Source: an uncultured virus (IMG/VR IMGVR_UViG_3300035662_000013) (lineage: Duplodnaviria; Heunggongvirae; Uroviricota; Caudoviricetes). From it: DNA of 20,000 nucleotides. Within the stretch, counting starts at the first letter, position 1, and each line of letters opens with the position of its first letter. Below are positions 17,643 through 20,000 of this stretch, one piece after another. The stretch lies in the IMG/VR virus record IMGVR_UViG_3300035662_000013. One strand, given 5' to 3'. A model generated the notes under the pieces. That model saw nothing but the letters and a program-made list of their open reading frames with translations, made no database searches and had not been told where the DNA came from. The translations under genes and the position numbers were made by a program.

Positions 17643-17727
17643 ATTTTAAGCCTATTTAAGACACTTTCTATATTAAAACGTATTACCCTACTATAAGTAC
17701 CTTAGTATGCTTAAAACGCTTTAAAAC
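17643..17727. repeat. 85-bp imperfect inverted-repeat element, copy 2
   Basis: Left arm ATTTTAAGCCTATTTAAGACA (17/21 identical to the copy 1 arm) and right arm ATGCTTAAAACGCTTTAAAAC. Same length as copy 1. Confidence 0.5.
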
Positions 17728-17761
17728 ACGTCATTTATTAATCAATAATAACAAACAAAGC

Positions 17762-17983
17762 ATGTTTAATTTAACAGAATTCTCATTATTATTAAGTGGA
17801 ACTTCTTTAATTGCAATACCAATTATAACATTAATGGTATATATATTCATGAAGGTAGACTCAGACGGCATATATAAAATACGAAAGAAAGATATTAGTC
17901 CTATAATTATATCATGGGTAATAATGCTATTGGTGTTTTTATTTGTATTATTTATAGCAAAACCGCATTATATTAATCAATAA
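17762..17983 (+). CDS. Small two-helix membrane protein
   Basis: Two hydrophobic stretches separated by a basic loop. Confidence 0.7.
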   Translation: MFNLTEFSLLLSGTSLIAIPIITLMVYIFMKVDSDGIYKIRKKDISPIIISWVIMLLVFLFVLFIAKPHYINQ

Positions 17984-17990
17984 TAACAAT

Positions 17991-18365
17991 ATGAAAAGAG
18001 AAAGAGCAAAAGATTTATTACCTATTATCACTGCCTATGCAGAAGGTAAAGTAATAGAATGCAGAGATGCAGTAAGAGCAAAACAAGGGTCATGGGAGAT
18101 AGTAGATGAACCAAGTTGGGTTGACACTATTGAATACCGTATTAAACCTAAGCCTAGGTACATACCATTCACATTTGATGACAATTTGGTAGGTAGAGTT
18201 GTAGTTACTAGAGGAGGGGGTAAGGCGCTAATTGTAGGGCAAATAGAAGGAGGGGTATATGTTGGAGCTGGACTAGAGCCAATAACATATATGGCATTGT
18301 TACTTTGGACCTTCTTAGATGGCAGCCCTTGTGGTAAACTATCAGAACCAAAAATAAGTGATTGA
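17991..18365 (+). CDS. Phage hypothetical protein
   Basis: LLPIITAYAEGKVIE...W...EYRIKP pattern, recalled from Bacteroidota phage hypothetical proteins. Confidence 0.75.
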   Translation: MKRERAKDLLPIITAYAEGKVIECRDAVRAKQGSWEIVDEPSWVDTIEYRIKPKPRYIPFTFDDNLVGRVVVTRGGGKALIVGQIEGGVYVGAGLEPITYMALLLWTFLDGSPCGKLSEPKISD

Positions 18366-18403
18366 ATTCACTATTTCAACTAAGTCCAACCTATATGGTT
18401 GGC

Positions 18404-18477
18404 CTATTAATGCAGCAGTTAAGTCACAAGCCTTAACACTTCTAGCTTTTGGAGGCGGGAATTATGCAGAGTGGTAG
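18404..18477 (+). ncRNA. Twister ribozyme (type P1, with P5 and no P3)
   Basis: P1 CUAU(18404-07)/GUAG(18474-77). U^AA cleavage site 18408/18409. P2 UGCA/UGCA. T1 GC. P4 GUUAAG/CUUAAC closing loop UCACAAGC. P5 CUUCUAG/UUGGAGG. Conserved GA at 18469-70. T2 pseudoknot CAC/GUG. Confidence 0.9.
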
Positions 18478-18925
18478 AGAATAACTGGTTTATGTCAAAC
18501 GTACTGTAATCCAACCACAGTCAGCCACTTCCTCGTGGTAGAAGAAATTAATAGCTCGCAAGGCTATTTGAGTTGGAGCTATACACACATATTATCGTTT
18601 CTATGTGTGGAGGATATAGTTTTTAGATAACGAACGGGTTAGTCTAGCTCGTTAATAAATCCCATTGCAGCAGGGATGGGCAACGCTGCAAATTAATCCT
18701 ACACCGGGAACGCTGGAAATAGGTGAGTTCAATACCAGCATAAAAATAATCAGAACTATCGGTACGTAATCGGGTATATAACGGGAGGAAAGGGACATTC
18801 GAGAGCCCAGCCAACTGTCCTTATACTGACGAGATTACCAGTTGCTCCCAGTATTAGTCTTCGTGATTAATAAAACTGCCACAATCTAAGACCTCTAAAC
18901 CTTGTAACGGGAATAGGAAGAGGTC

Positions 18926-18984
18926 GCATTAATGTAGCCACAGCAATGTGAGAGTCCAAAGCCTCTATAAATACAGATGGATGC
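18926..18984 (+). ncRNA. Twister ribozyme (type P1, env22-like)
   Basis: P1 GCAU/AUGC. U^AA cleavage site 18930/18931. P2 UGUA/UACA. T1 GC. P3 CACA-GCAA-UGUG. P4 AGAG/CUCU closing loop UCCAAAGC. Conserved GA at 18976-77. T2 CCA/UGG. Every canonical element is present. Confidence 0.95.
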
Positions 18985-19112
18985 ACTATTTTCTATGATA
19001 CAACGCATCATATGGTTGCACAGAGTTCGTTAAAACGCGCATGCTTAATAATTACGATATCATAGATTAAAGTGTAGCGTATAAATAATATTAATCAATA
19101 ATAATAAACAAA

Positions 19113-19340
19113 ATGGACAAAGGAATTAGTCATTTATTTTTAATTGCAATAGCAATACTATCTTTTGTGATAGTGCTTGGATACGCAAGCTGCAAGCCAG
19201 GAGCAGATGCAGCAGCAGAGCTAGCCATACCTATTATATGTATAATAGCAGTGTTAGGTCTTTTTGAATACTATGGTAGAGACAAAGATGAAAAAGAGGG
19301 CGATGATGAGGACTTAGACCCTAATATGACAGGAAGATGA
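19113..19340 (+). CDS. Small membrane protein
   Basis: Two hydrophobic helices and an acidic tail. ATGA overlap with the next gene. Confidence 0.75.
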   Translation: MDKGISHLFLIAIAILSFVIVLGYASCKPGADAAAELAIPIICIIAVLGLFEYYGRDKDEKEGDDEDLDPNMTGR

Positions 19341-19825
19341 GAAAGTTATTTACTTACATTGCATTCTTGTTTATTATATTATCATGTAATCGCGTTAAAA
19401 ACGAAGACAAGTTAATAGAGAAATTAGGGATTTGGAGCAATTTTGAAGAGGTAAGAGAAAGTAAAAGATATAAATTAAGACAAATGAGCTCTGGTAACGA
19501 ATCATATTCAAAGACAAGTGCTTCATTCTTTTTAATTTGTGGGAGTTACAGTAAAGAATCAGGTCAGGAATATAAAATAAAAGTATTCTGCGAGACTGAT
19601 AATGGTTATAAAATATTTGATTTAGACCCTGAAGATACATATATATGTGTTGATAATAGTCTTGAATCACCAGAATTGTCAATTAGATATCGCACAAGAC
19701 CAAATGAGGAGAAGTGCGCTAATCTAGAGCGTAAAATAGATTGGATAACTACAAAGGTGTTAATATACACACCAGAAAAGTATTTCCCAGAATCAATTGA
19801 GGCATTTAATATTAACAACAAATAA
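19337..19825 (+). CDS. Putative lipoprotein
   Basis: Signal peptide MRKLFTYIAFLFIILS followed by Cys (lipobox). Confidence 0.75.
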   Translation: MRKLFTYIAFLFIILSCNRVKNEDKLIEKLGIWSNFEEVRESKRYKLRQMSSGNESYSKTSASFFLICGSYSKESGQEYKIKVFCETDNGYKIFDLDPEDTYICVDNSLESPELSIRYRTRPNEEKCANLERKIDWITTKVLIYTPEKYFPESIEAFNINNK

Positions 19826-19850
19826 TTATTCTCTAAAACTCATTATCAAA

Positions 19851-20000
19851 ATGAAAAAACTAACAAAAGCAGTATTAATCGAGAGAGGTAAAGCACTTGG
19901 TCTTGATTTAACAATGAAAATGACAGCAGTTCAAATGACTGAAGCTATTGCAGGGGCAGTAGTTAGCGATGTACCGGAAAAAGAAGCTGAAAAGCCAAAA
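19851..20000 (+). CDS. Partial ORF with a possible Rho-N/HeH-like N-terminal domain
   Basis: MKKLTKAVLIERGKALGLDLTMKMTAVQMTEAI... is open to the window end. Confidence 0.55.
   Translation, partial: MKKLTKAVLIERGKALGLDLTMKMTAVQMTEAIAGAVVSDVPEKEAEKPK

Noticed and set aside
17674..17702. Fifth ECF-like promoter, antisense (GGTAC-N16-CGTTTT)
   Set aside because: Lacks the AAC -35 element, points against the local genes and lies inside the palindromic element.
18524..18545. HDV/theta-like ribozyme suggested by CCAC-UUCCUC-GUGG
   Set aside because: Could not identify P1, P1.1, P2 or the catalytic J4/2 C in the required order.
18783..18838. Hammerhead ribozyme (GAAA ... UA ... CUGACGA)
   Set aside because: No room for stem I between the putative cleavage triplet and CUGACGA, and stem II does not close against the bases before GAAA.
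16132..19821. Overlapping or antisense ORFs 16132, 16695, 17184, 19395, 19606 (and 7487)
   Set aside because: Alternative frames of better-supported genes.

Overview
Segment of a crAss-like (Crassvirales, Bacteroidota-infecting) phage genome in the standard genetic code. Positions 1-~14860 are a minus-strand late block: major capsid protein (cut by the window edge), probable scaffold, portal, terminase large subunit, RusA-like resolvase, HExxH protein, a conserved TerS candidate, degenerate dUTPase, Dam-type methyltransferase, IHF/HU-like and wHTH proteins, RNase HI, a GroES-like protein and a GH73-like protein. This block carries a recurring ECF-sigma-like promoter motif (AAC-N16/17-CGTT). 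A ~1.2 kb non-coding strand switch follows, with A-tracts, repeats and hairpin clusters, probably the genome terminus or origin. Then comes a plus-strand early-type region of small, membrane and lipoprotein ORFs with its own repeated motif (AAGAATATGTC[A/T]TTG). The main finding is a ~750-nt non-coding gap (18366-19112) holding two complete type-P1 twister ribozymes in tandem. Double cleavage would release a 522-nt RNA dense in hairpins and pseudoknots, with 5'-OH and 2',3'-cyclic-phosphate ends that are complementary over 5 bp. It is a candidate ribozyme-excised, possibly circular, phage ncRNA. All calls come from reading the sequence by eye; no searches were run.
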